Shown here: positions 46,674 to 56,162 of the stretch, one piece after another
Numbering within the stretch: the stretch's first letter is position 1
Layout of the letters: each line of letters begins with the position of its first letter
Assembly: GCA_043747615.1 (NCBI GenBank)
Contig: JAYTOU010000005.1
Coordinates: forward strand, 1-64,000
Length of the DNA: 64,000 bases
Origin: Myxococcales bacterium
GTDB taxonomy: Bacteria > Myxococcota_A > Polyangia > Polyangiales > Polyangiaceae
Reading direction: 5' to 3'
Program-made: the position numbers and the translations under genes
Notes under the pieces: model-generated
Told to the model about the DNA's origin: nothing
Databases searched by the model: none
The model's input: the letters and a program-made list of their open reading frames with translations, nothing else

Positions 46674-47660
46674 TTAAGGGGGGCAGCAGACCGTCTGGGC
46701 GCTCAGCAAGGCCACATTTTGTGCGGTAGGCGCAATTCCGGTGGCCACACAACCCACCCCCGCGGGGCTCAGTGCGTAGCGATACGACCTGTAGGAATTG
46801 CCGTCGATGGCGGCGTTTCGCAGGCACTGCCCATTCGCGGTGAGGACTTCTGGATTGTTGGCGCATCCGGTGTCGGAGTACATCGTGAGCGAGCCTGAGC
46901 ACGTGCCCGTCACGCTGCAGCCGCATGCGCCGCAAGTCGCGCTCACGTCGGTGCCGACCAAATGTTTCACGGAGAAATCCCCAGCCGGGCAGGGACGGTC
47001 GCCCGCTTGCGAGATGCACGCGCGAAACGGCGCAGGGAGGTTCGGGGCGCACGTGCTGCCGGCGCATCCAGCGGCCGCGGGGCTCTCGGGCGCGCAGACC
47101 CGCCCCTTTGCAGCGTACGTCAGGTTCTCTTTCTGAAACACGCCGGGTGACGCGCACACGCCGCCACCTGGAGGGCTGGGCACGAGCTTGGTCTCGGTGC
47201 CCGCAATCTCGTTCGCGGTGAACATGTCGTTGAGGCATCCCCCGGCGGGGCTGTTTCCGTTCTGCGACGGAACACCGGGAAATTGGCACTGATGGAGATT
47301 GTCGAAATCGAAGAACACGTTCACTTTGCCGGTGCACGTTGGCGCCGTCGTCACCGCGCACGCCGCGCAGCCGCACGAGCCGGCGTCGGCGCTTGGACCT
47401 TCCAGCACGTCGGTCGCCGGTGCTGCGAGGCCGGGCGGACAGCCGGCGTCGGTGTTCGTGGCGAAGCCCACGAGCGTCCAGCCCGCAGGAACCGTGACGG
47501 TGCGTCCGCTCTCGACGGACCCGTCTGCGGATGCGTCGGGACCGCCCGGGTTACCGCCGTGTGCCGTGCCATCGCCCACGCCGGGGAGGCCGGCGAGATC
47601 GAGCGCGCAGCCGACGAGCGCCGCCAGGCAAAAGAGCATCGCGAGCCGGCGTCGAGTCAT
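46674..47660 (-). CDS. Cys-rich lipoprotein
   Basis: Lipobox LVGC; duplicated CGxCxC..TC.G module; ends TVCCPP. Confidence 0.75.
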   Translation of the reverse strand: MTRRRLAMLFCLAALVGCALDLAGLPGVGDGTAHGGNPGGPDASADGSVESGRTVTVPAGWTLVGFATNTDAGCPPGLAAPATDVLEGPSADAGSCGCAACAVTTAPTCTGKVNVFFDFDNLHQCQFPGVPSQNGNSPAGGCLNDMFTANEIAGTETKLVPSPPGGGVCASPGVFQKENLTYAAKGRVCAPESPAAAGCAGSTCAPNLPAPFRACISQAGDRPCPAGDFSVKHLVGTDVSATCGACGCSVTGTCSGSLTMYSDTGCANNPEVLTANGQCLRNAAIDGNSYRSYRYALSPAGVGCVATGIAPTAQNVALLSAQTVCCPP

Positions 47661-47726
47661 GGCCCCCGAGTGTGCGGGAGATTTCCCCTGCATGCAAAGC
47701 TGCCCCCGCGCCCAAACGCCCGCACG

Positions 47727-48713
47727 CTATGGCACTTCGACGACCTCGAACACGCGGCGGACGACTTGCTCAGCGGTCACTTCCTCGGCGTCGGCCTCGT
47801 AGGTGAGCACGAGCCGGTGACGAAGCACATCGGGCCCCACGGCCTTCACGTCTTCCGGCGTGACGTAGCCGCGATGCCGTAAGAACGCGTGCGCGCGCGC
47901 CGCCAAATTCAGGGCAATGCTCGCACGGGGAGAGGCGCCGAACTCGATGAGCGGCGCGAGATCTTTGAGCCCGTGCTTCTTGGGCTCACGTGTCGCGAAG
48001 ACCACCTCGACGATGTAGTCCTTCACTTTTTCGTCGATGTAGATTTGCGAGATGACCCCCTTGGCGTCGTTCAGCTGCGCCGGGGTGACGACGGGCTCCG
48101 CCTTGAGCGGCTCCATCGCCGTCATGCGATCCATGATCTTCCGCTCGTCTTCGCGCGACGGGTAACCGACCTTCACCATCAGCATGAAGCGGTCGATTTG
48201 CGCTTCCGGAAGAGGGTACGTCCCCTCTTGCTCGATCGGGTTTTGCGTCGCCATGACGATGAACGGCTGGGGGAGGGGATACGTCTTGTCGCCGATGGTG
48301 ACCTGCCGCTCCTGCATTGCTTCGAGGAGCGCGCTCTGCACCTTCGCGGGCGCGCGGTTGATCTCGTCGGCGAGGACGAGGTTCGCGAAGATCGGCCCCA
48401 ACTTGGAGGTGAACTCCCCCTTCTGCTGGTTGTAGATGACGGTGCCGACGAGGTCTGCAGGGAGGAGGTCGGGCGTGAACTGTACGCGCGCGAACTTCGC
48501 GGAGATCGAGTCGCACAGCGTTCGTACGGTGAGCGTCTTTGCCAGACCGGGGACACCTTCGAGGAGGACATGACCGCCGGTGAGCAGCCCGATGAGGATG
48601 CGCTCGATCATGTAGGACTGGCCGACGATGACCTTGCCGACCTCGTTCGTGATTTTGTCGACGAAGGCACTCTCCTTCGCGACGAGCTCGTTCAATGCGC
48701 GGACGTCGTACAT
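47727..48713 (-). CDS. moxR: MoxR family AAA+ ATPase
   Basis: LEGVPGLAKT, QFTPDLLPAD, LADEINRAPAKVQSALLEAMQE, ATQNPIEQEGTYPLPEAQ. Confidence 0.97.
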   Translation of the reverse strand: MYDVRALNELVAKESAFVDKITNEVGKVIVGQSYMIERILIGLLTGGHVLLEGVPGLAKTLTVRTLCDSISAKFARVQFTPDLLPADLVGTVIYNQQKGEFTSKLGPIFANLVLADEINRAPAKVQSALLEAMQERQVTIGDKTYPLPQPFIVMATQNPIEQEGTYPLPEAQIDRFMLMVKVGYPSREDERKIMDRMTAMEPLKAEPVVTPAQLNDAKGVISQIYIDEKVKDYIVEVVFATREPKKHGLKDLAPLIEFGASPRASIALNLAARAHAFLRHRGYVTPEDVKAVGPDVLRHRLVLTYEADAEEVTAEQVVRRVFEVVEVP

Positions 48714-48744
48714 GGCACGCCGTTTAGCACAGCTCCGCGCCGAC

Positions 48745-49782
48745 TTATTCCACTTCGAGCACCACTTTTCCGAAGGCTTTGCGTTCCTCGAGAATGCTGT
48801 GCGCCTCGGGCGCGCTCCACAGGGGCAGGACGCGGTCGACGACCGGCTTCAGCGTTCCTGCTTCGACCAGCCCGAGAATGCGAAAAAGATCTCCCTTCGA
48901 CCCCATGGTCGAGCCGAGGACCTGCACCTGGCGAAAGAAGATGTGCCGGAGGTCGATGGTCGGTGAAAATCCGGTGGTCGCTCCGCAGGTGACCACCCGG
49001 CCGCCACGCCCGGTCGCGAGAATGCTCTTCACGAACACCTCGCCGCCGACATGCTCGATCACCGCGTCGACGCCCTTCTTTTCGGTCAATCGCTTGCACT
49101 CTGCAACGAAGTCCTGGGTCGTGTAGTTGATGGCCACGTCGGCTCCGAGGGCGCGCGCGCGCTCGCATTTCTCGTCGCTGCCTGCGGTGGTGAGCACCCT
49201 TGCTCCAAACAGTTTCGCGATCTGAATGGCAGCGCTGGACACCCCGCTCCCCGCCGCCTGAACGAGAACGGTCTGTCCGGGCACGACCTCGGCGCGCCGC
49301 ACGACCATCTGCCACGCCGTGAGAAAGACGAGCGGGATGGCGGCCGCCTCCGTGAACGAAAGATTCGCCGGGAGAGGAAGGACGTTCGCGTCGGGGACGT
49401 TGATGTGCCGCGCGTAGCCGCCCTGGGTGTTCTCTCCGAAGATGCGGTACTTCGCGCAGAAGTTGTCGTCGCCGGAGAGGCATTTCGCGCACACGCCGCA
49501 GGAGCGCCCGGGATTGACGATGATCTTCTGACCGACCTCGCAGCCTGTGGCGCCGGGGCCGAGGGCTTCGATCTCGCCCGCCATGTCTGCTCCGAGGCGA
49601 TGCGGGAACTCGTACTTCATGCCGGGCAGCCCACGCCGCGCCCACACGTCGAGGTGGTTCACGGCAACCGCGCGCACGCGCACCCGAACTTCGCGCGGGC
49701 CCGGCTCGGGGAGCTCGATCGTCTCTCGGACGATGACCTCGGGCCCGCCGTGGCCGCGGATCACCATGGCTTCTGTTTTCAT
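48745..49782 (-). CDS. Zinc-binding alcohol dehydrogenase/quinone oxidoreductase (MDR family)
   Basis: HGGPEV, NHLD, CGVCAKCLSGDDNFC, AAGSGV, FGKVVL. Confidence 0.9.
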   Translation of the reverse strand: MKTEAMVIRGHGGPEVIVRETIELPEPGPREVRVRVRAVAVNHLDVWARRGLPGMKYEFPHRLGADMAGEIEALGPGATGCEVGQKIIVNPGRSCGVCAKCLSGDDNFCAKYRIFGENTQGGYARHINVPDANVLPLPANLSFTEAAAIPLVFLTAWQMVVRRAEVVPGQTVLVQAAGSGVSSAAIQIAKLFGARVLTTAGSDEKCERARALGADVAINYTTQDFVAECKRLTEKKGVDAVIEHVGGEVFVKSILATGRGGRVVTCGATTGFSPTIDLRHIFFRQVQVLGSTMGSKGDLFRILGLVEAGTLKPVVDRVLPLWSAPEAHSILEERKAFGKVVLEVE

Positions 49783-50461
49783 CGCCGGGAAACTATCACG
49801 CACTCAACGTCGTGCCCTTGGCTCTACTCGAGGCGCCTCTTCAGATACTTCGCGGCGACCGTGCCGACCTCGGCCGCGCAGTGACGTGCGCCCCCGCCCG
49901 AGGACGTCGTGCCGCAATTCCCGTGGATGCGAATGACACCGCGTCGAACCACACGCAACGCATCAACGCTATCGTGCGAATCTCCAAGGTCGGTGACGCA
50001 CTCGAGGTCACCCGCCTCGAGGACGAACACGGCGAGCTTGCCCCCGCTCGCGGGCGACAACGCTTATGCGTTCGTCGTGAAGCAACCTATTCGACCTCCG
50101 CAAACGAAATCAAAGCTCTGCAAGCGACCTGATCGGCCGAAACGCGCCGCTTCTCAAGATTCACAATCCACGCGCCGCTCGCTGCTCGCGACTCGTCGCC
50201 GTTCGCGCGCCGCACCCGAGCCCGAATTCACGCCGTTTCCCGCTCCGCGCGCGCGATCCAAGCCCCCGACGTCCGTTTGCGAAGCCTTCACGCCGTTTGC
50301 GGAGCCCTTCGCGTCGCGCAAAAAACGAAAAACGCCCACGCAACCAACCTCAAGACCGGGCCGACAGGGCTTCAACGGCGAGGCGATGGTCGCAGCGTCG
50401 GTCTACGAGTCACGGAGCATCCTCCGCGTCTCACCCATGACCACCCAGGCAACGAAAAAAG

Positions 50462-51265
50462 ATGATCACAGCCATCGAAACAGTCGGTACCGCCACCCTT
50501 GAAGACACTCCGCGACGCGCCCTCGAGCTCATTCGAGGTATCGGCGCCTCTCGGGAGATCATGCGAGCCCTGGTCACGGCGGGTTACACCACGAAAGATC
50601 ACGAGGAGGGCATCCGCCTCGTGAACGATGTCCTCGGCTACATCGCCCGTCCCTCTGCTGTACCTTCGGCTTCCGCGCCCTCGTATGGCGCGGCGGTGAA
50701 AGAGATCAAGCAGTGGGTGAAATCGGATTTTCGTCGCATCAAGATCGGACTCCACCGCTTCTTCCCCGAGCAAGCCGAGTACCTCTTCACGGGTCTCGAC
50801 GTCTCGGGGGTGATGGACGCCGTCGCGCTCGTCGAGATCTTTCTCAAGCGCCTCGGTTCTCTCGCCAACGATCCGGAACGCAAGGCCACGCGAAAGGCGG
50901 ATCACGCCGCCCTCGCGATGCTCGAGGCGCGCCGGGTCACCAAGGCGAACCTCAAGCACCTCCAGGCCCTCGTCACCGAAACCCACGCGACGCCCGCCGT
51001 TCCGCCTGTCGAAGCATCGACCGGTGAGACCGACGGTCGCCTCGAGGCCCTCGTCGCCCTCCGCGCGTGGTACGCGGACTGGGCAGAGACGGCGCGCATC
51101 GTCCTCACGCGCCGCGACCACCTGATTCGCGTGGGCCTCGCCGCGCGTAAACCCCGCGCCGCCGCAGCGATGCGCGTCGTCGTTGGCCCGCTCGCGTCCT
51201 CCGCGGCGTCGTCGGAGTCGGCGATGCGTGCGCTCCCCATGTCCACGAGCACCCACGCGGGATGA
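50462..51265 (+). CDS. Hypothetical helical protein
   Basis: Good coding bias; no family recognised. Confidence 0.7.
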   Translation: MITAIETVGTATLEDTPRRALELIRGIGASREIMRALVTAGYTTKDHEEGIRLVNDVLGYIARPSAVPSASAPSYGAAVKEIKQWVKSDFRRIKIGLHRFFPEQAEYLFTGLDVSGVMDAVALVEIFLKRLGSLANDPERKATRKADHAALAMLEARRVTKANLKHLQALVTETHATPAVPPVEASTGETDGRLEALVALRAWYADWAETARIVLTRRDHLIRVGLAARKPRAAAAMRVVVGPLASSAASSESAMRALPMSTSTHAG

Positions 51266-51348
51266 GCACACGCGGGTGCATCACCCGACGAAGACCGCTC
51301 CGACGCGGAATCGAGTAGCCCTCGGTTTCGCGTTTTCGTTTGTCGGTC

Positions 51349-51936
51349 CTAAGCCTGCATCTCGGGAGTAGCGCCGGCGTCTCCACCTTCGGGCGCGACG
51401 GCGTGGGAGAGGGCGAGCGTGAGAATGAGAATGGTGCGGTACACGAGGTGAACGTCGTCGACGTCGACGTCGCGCTCCGCCGCTCCCTCCGAGCCTTCGA
51501 GCGCCGCCTCGACGTGCGCATTGATGAACTCCAGGATGCCCGGCTGCTCCTGGGCGATGACGTCATCGAGCTCGATCGGCTCGTCGGCCTGGCTCGCGCG
51601 CAGCTCCTCTTCGAGGAGAAGCGCTGCCTCAGTGGCCTTGAGCGCGTCTTCGTTCACGATGCGCAGACGATCGCGAAAAGCGCGCTCGAACCCGAGCCAC
51701 ACCGCGATGGACAGGAAGTAGCCGAGGGAGAGCGCGATCTCGTCGAGCTGACGGCCGAGGACATCGCTCACCAGCCCTGCGAGGTGCGGCTGCGTGCGCT
51801 CGAATCTCACGAAGGCGGCGTCGAGCTCTTCCTTGGCCCGCTCGGAGCCGAGCTCGTCCTCGACCTGCTCGAGGACGGTGATGACAATCACCGCATAGCT
51901 CGGAACAGGCCGAATCGCGGCGCCACGCACCCACAC
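51349..51936 (-). CDS. Hypothetical acidic protein
   Basis: Good coding bias; start uncertain. Confidence 0.65.
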   Translation of the reverse strand: MWVRGAAIRPVPSYAVIVITVLEQVEDELGSERAKEELDAAFVRFERTQPHLAGLVSDVLGRQLDEIALSLGYFLSIAVWLGFERAFRDRLRIVNEDALKATEAALLLEEELRASQADEPIELDDVIAQEQPGILEFINAHVEAALEGSEGAAERDVDVDDVHLVYRTILILTLALSHAVAPEGGDAGATPEMQA

Positions 51937-51960
51937 TCGATCAGCCTACCACGCCCGCGG

Positions 51961-52545
51961 TCACTTCGTTCGACGCGTCGTCGCCCGATTCGTCGAGCCG
52001 GCGCGACGCTCGGCGTGAATGCTCCACACGCACCACGCGAGCCCGATCATTCCGACGAGGGCCATCCACAGGACGCCGCGTCCGAGCGCGCTCGCTGTGA
52101 TGGGCTCCGTCCCAAAGTCCCCGTGGAACTGAGCGTAGCTCGCGCTCGTCGAGAGCCGGTGCTGGAGGGCGAGCACCAGAATCGCGAGGAGTACGGCGGG
52201 CACGCCCCCGATCGCACCGACCACCCCCAGCCGCTGACCACGCGCAGGGCGGGCCGCGACCGCGAAGGTAATGGGGAGCGTCACCGTCGCGAGGAGGACG
52301 AGCGCAAGATCGATCGCCGATGGAACCGCGCGGGAGGCAATCCAGTAGAGGTAAGCCCAATCCCCGTGAAACGCCGCGAAGTAGCCCACGATCGGCCCGT
52401 AGACGAACGCGGCGAAGAGCGCGCTGATCACGAACGGTCGAGAGAGCGCGAGCGGCCCTTCCTCGCGGGCAAGCTCCGTCCGAGCGAGCCACGCGAGGAG
52501 CGCTCCGAGGAGCACGCCTCCAAAGGGGGCAAAGAGGATCGGCAC
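51961..52545 (-). CDS. Hypothetical integral membrane protein
   Basis: About five hydrophobic segments. Confidence 0.7.
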   Translation of the reverse strand: MPILFAPFGGVLLGALLAWLARTELAREEGPLALSRPFVISALFAAFVYGPIVGYFAAFHGDWAYLYWIASRAVPSAIDLALVLLATVTLPITFAVAARPARGQRLGVVGAIGGVPAVLLAILVLALQHRLSTSASYAQFHGDFGTEPITASALGRGVLWMALVGMIGLAWCVWSIHAERRAGSTNRATTRRTK

Positions 52546-52600
52546 GGAGGCAGCTTACCCCTCCCGGCGCTCGAGAGACTTAATGCTAGGTTCGGCACCC

Positions 52601-53359
52601 ATGGACCCGGCAAAAATACGCGAGTTACTCGGCGCCGTTCAGAGCGGCTCGACGAGCGTCGACGACGCGCTCGGCACCCTCAAGGATCTCCCTTTCGCCG
52701 ATCTCGGCTACGCGATGGTCGATCATCACCGCGCGCTTCGTCAGGGTGTGCCGGAGGTGATCTTCGGCGCGGGCAAGAGCGTCGCGCAGATCGTAGGCAT
52801 CGCGACAGAGCTGGCCAAGCACGGACAAAACGTTCTCGTTACCCGGATCGATGAGGCGAGCGCTCAGGCGGTGATGAAAGAGGTCCCAAAGCTCACCTAC
52901 ATTGCCGCGGCGCAAATCGCGACCATCGAGCAAGCGCCGATTCCGCTGCTCTGTGAGGCGCCGGTGGCCTTGGTCAGCGCGGGGACGAGCGATCTTCCGG
53001 TGGCCGAAGAGTGCGCGGAGACGATGCGGATGCTCGGAGTGCGCGTCGAGCGGGTCTACGACGTGGGAGTCGCCGGGATTCACCGCGTTCTCCACAAGCG
53101 CGAAATTTTCGAGCGCTGCGCGGTGGTGGTGGTCGTGGCAGGAATGGAAGGCGCGCTCGCAAGCGTCGTTGGAGGGCTCGTCGACAGTCCGGTCATCGCT
53201 GTGCCGACGTCGGTTGGCTACGGCGCCGCGCTTGGTGGCATCGCCGCTCTCCTCGGCATGCTCACGAGCTGCGCGTCGGGCGTCACGGTGGTCAACATCG
53301 ACAACGGTTTCGGAGCCGCGTTTGCCGCCGCGCGCATTCTCCGCGCGAGAACGCGATGA
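52601..53359 (+). CDS. larB: Nickel-pincer cofactor biosynthesis protein LarB
   Basis: DHHRALRQGVPEVIFG.GK, AGTSDLPVAEE, DVGVAGIHR, AGMEGAL, PTSVGYG, VVNIDNGFGAA. Confidence 0.95.
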   Translation: MDPAKIRELLGAVQSGSTSVDDALGTLKDLPFADLGYAMVDHHRALRQGVPEVIFGAGKSVAQIVGIATELAKHGQNVLVTRIDEASAQAVMKEVPKLTYIAAAQIATIEQAPIPLLCEAPVALVSAGTSDLPVAEECAETMRMLGVRVERVYDVGVAGIHRVLHKREIFERCAVVVVVAGMEGALASVVGGLVDSPVIAVPTSVGYGAALGGIAALLGMLTSCASGVTVVNIDNGFGAAFAAARILRARTR

Positions 53360-54696
53360 GCAAGCACACCCACGGCGACGGTCACACGCACGAGCACGAC
53401 CTTGCCCATGAGCACGGCCATGATCACGAGCACGCGCATGAGCATCCGCATGCCGAGCACGCGCATCACGATCACGCGCATCACGATCACGCGAAAGAAG
53501 CACTCGCGCGTGGCGCCGGAGCGGGGAAAATAGCTTTTTTCGATGCACCGAGCGGGCTCGCCGGAGACATGACGATCGCCGCGCTCGTCGATCTCGGCGT
53601 GCCCGAAGTGGTGATCGCCGACGCGGTAGCGAAGATTCCCATCACGGGATTTCATCTTCACTTTGGGACGAAGGTGCGGAGCGGCATCGTGGCCTCGTCG
53701 TTCGACGTGCACGTCGACGCCGCGCAGCCCGAGCGAACGTACAAAGAGATTCGAGAGATCCTCGACCATGCCGATCTCGAGCCCGCCATCCGCGCCCGCG
53801 CGCATGCCTCGTTTCGAAAGCTCGCCGAGGCAGAGGCCATGGTGCACCGAACGTCGCTCGACGACGTTCACTTTCACGAAGTCGGCGCAATCGACGCCAT
53901 CGTGGACATCGTCGGGAGCGCGGCGGCTCTCGATTATCTCGGAGCGACGCTGGTGGTCTCTCCGCTCCCGATGGGGCGCGGTTTCGTCAAGGCGCGGCAC
54001 GGCACGTTGCCTCTGCCAGCTCCGGCCACGGTGGCCTGCCTCGCGGGCTTCGAGACGTACGACGGAGGTCTCGAGTTCGAGTTCGTGACCCCCACGGGCG
54101 CCGCGATCGTGGCTGCGCACGCCACGCACTCGGCGCGTTGGCCAAGCATGTCTCCCGAGTGCGTAGGCTGGGGAGCGGGGCACGCCGATCTGCGTGATCG
54201 CCCGAACCTGTTGAGGGTCGTTCTCGGCTCGGCGCCGGCCGTCACCGGAGATCACACGGTCATCGAGACGAACGTCGACGACGTCACCGGCGAGCTCGTC
54301 GGGAGCGCGATGGAGGCACTCTTCGCGGAAGGTGCGCTCGATGTCTGGGCCACACCGATCACCATGAAAAAAGGGCGGCCGGCGCTCACGCTGAGCGCGC
54401 TTGCTCCGCGCGGTCGGGCGGAGGCCGTGGCCCACGCCATGCTGCGGGAGACGACCACCCTCGGTGTGCGGCGCTACGATGTGTCGCGCGTCGAACGACC
54501 GCGGCGGAGCGTCGAGGTACAGACCGCGTACGGGCAGATCTCGGTGAAGATCGCCGAAGGCCCCTTCGGTCCCCCCCAGATCAAACCGGAGTTCGATGCC
54601 TGCCTCGCCGCCGCGAAGCTGCACCACGTGTCGGTTCGCGAAGTCCTCCGCGCCGCCCTCGTCGCCGCCGAAGCGCTTCGTGGGCCCAGCGTTTAA
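53356..54696 (+). CDS. larC: Nickel-pincer cofactor nickel insertase LarC with an N-terminal His-rich tail
   Basis: SGLAGDM, VHFHEVGAIDAIVDIVG, PAPAT, TPTGAA, ETNVDD, MKKGRP, ETTTLGVR, KPEFD; ATGA overlap with larB. Confidence 0.95.
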   Translation: MSKHTHGDGHTHEHDLAHEHGHDHEHAHEHPHAEHAHHDHAHHDHAKEALARGAGAGKIAFFDAPSGLAGDMTIAALVDLGVPEVVIADAVAKIPITGFHLHFGTKVRSGIVASSFDVHVDAAQPERTYKEIREILDHADLEPAIRARAHASFRKLAEAEAMVHRTSLDDVHFHEVGAIDAIVDIVGSAAALDYLGATLVVSPLPMGRGFVKARHGTLPLPAPATVACLAGFETYDGGLEFEFVTPTGAAIVAAHATHSARWPSMSPECVGWGAGHADLRDRPNLLRVVLGSAPAVTGDHTVIETNVDDVTGELVGSAMEALFAEGALDVWATPITMKKGRPALTLSALAPRGRAEAVAHAMLRETTTLGVRRYDVSRVERPRRSVEVQTAYGQISVKIAEGPFGPPQIKPEFDACLAAAKLHHVSVREVLRAALVAAEALRGPSV

Positions 54697-54827
54697 GCGA
54701 GACACGCGCCTTCCCTCTGCAAAGAATCACACTTTTCGCAAGGGAGGCCGCGCAAGTTTCGCTATGCTGCCGTCGTCACGTCCGTGCTTTTTCTGCGGCG
54801 TGGTCAATGAAAGGCAATGGATTCGCG

Positions 54828-55889
54828 ATGAGCGTGTGCCCGCAGTGTGGCTCGCCCACCAAAGACAACGACAAGTTCTGCAACGGTTGCGGCTATTCGC
54901 TCGCGCAAGCGGCGACTCCCGCAGCGGCCGCACCTCCGCAAGCTGAGTGGGGCGCGCCACCTCCGCCCCAGCCTGCATGGGGAGCCCCTCCGAAGCCCGC
55001 CGACAACCAGATCCAGCAGGGCTACGTCGCACCCGGCGTCTTTGGTCAGTCCGCGCCGCAGGCTGCCGCTTCACCGTACGGGCCCCCGCCGGGCGCCGCG
55101 GTGACCGGGCAGGGCGGTTACGGTGGTCCGACCGCGCAGCCGAGCTCGCGTTGCCAGCAAGGCCACGAGATTCAACCCGGCGCGAGCTATTGCGCCGCCG
55201 GTCACCCGATCGCTCTCGACGCCATGCAGTTTGCAAGCGATGCGTATGGAGCGCCCCCGCCCCCCGCGCCGCCGGCGTACCAGCCTCCGACGCCCGCTCA
55301 AAATCCGTACGGCGCGCCGCAGCAGCCGAACTATGGTGCGTTCGGGAGCGGTCAGCCGCAGCAATCGCAGCAGGGCTACGGGCAGCCGCCGCAGAACTTC
55401 GGCTACGGCGCTCCTAACCAGCCGGCACCTCCGCCGGCATACGCTCCTCAAGCGGCATTCGCGCCGCCTCAGCCTGCGGCCTTTGCCCCGCCCCCGGCGC
55501 AGATGGCAGCGCAGATGGCCGAAGCCCCCCACGCAGGTGCCGGGCAGGTCCCCAATCGCATTTTGCGCGGCTTTTTGTGCTCATTTCAGGCGAACACGCA
55601 GGGCGAATTTTGGCCGCTCCATGGCGGCCGCGTGGGTGTCGGTCGCGCGAATGCCGGAGAGACCGTCGACATCCAGCTCGCCGACGCCACGATTTCGTCG
55701 CGTCACGCGGCTCTCCTCGTCGACAATGTGTCGGGTGCGATCAGCGTCGAGGACACCGGGTCCACGAACGGAACCTACGTGAACGACGAGCACCTTGGCT
55801 TCAACGGCCGCCGCGAGCTCCGAGACGGTGACCGCCTGAGATTCGGCGGATTCACGACCATCGTAAAAGTCATCGGCCGCGTTTCATAA
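54828..55889 (+). CDS. Zinc-ribbon / Pro-Gln-rich / FHA domain protein
   Basis: CPQCG..FCNGCG, a second CxxGH..CxxGH, and a C-terminal FHA (VGRA..ISSRHA..DTGSTNGTY). Confidence 0.88.
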   Translation: MSVCPQCGSPTKDNDKFCNGCGYSLAQAATPAAAAPPQAEWGAPPPPQPAWGAPPKPADNQIQQGYVAPGVFGQSAPQAAASPYGPPPGAAVTGQGGYGGPTAQPSSRCQQGHEIQPGASYCAAGHPIALDAMQFASDAYGAPPPPAPPAYQPPTPAQNPYGAPQQPNYGAFGSGQPQQSQQGYGQPPQNFGYGAPNQPAPPPAYAPQAAFAPPQPAAFAPPPAQMAAQMAEAPHAGAGQVPNRILRGFLCSFQANTQGEFWPLHGGRVGVGRANAGETVDIQLADATISSRHAALLVDNVSGAISVEDTGSTNGTYVNDEHLGFNGRRELRDGDRLRFGGFTTIVKVIGRVS

Positions 55890-56162
55890 AGGCTTGCGCG
55901 TCCGCAAAATCCGCTAACGTGGGCTACGTGATGGCGCATGAAACGCCCGGACGTGGAGTGCAGCTGCTTCAGCACGCGCCGCCGCTCCTCCAGGTCTGCG
56001 AGCGGAACATGCACGCGCAGGCTTGGCGTAAGCCGTTCAAGACGGATGTAGGATGCACGTTTTCTCTGCTCGGCTCGGAAGCAGACGAAATCCTCGCCGA
56101 CTGAAGCGCGTTCCGAGCGCACTTCATCCTCTTGCCCGCCGGTGGTACCAATGGTCCCGCTC

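Noticed and set aside
49812..50132. Short ORFs on both strands between the dehydrogenase and the 50462 gene
   Set aside because: No motif or convincing start; possibly remnants.
55919..56104. 61-aa ORF between the two FHA genes
   Set aside because: No RBS or recognisable features, so it cannot be supported.
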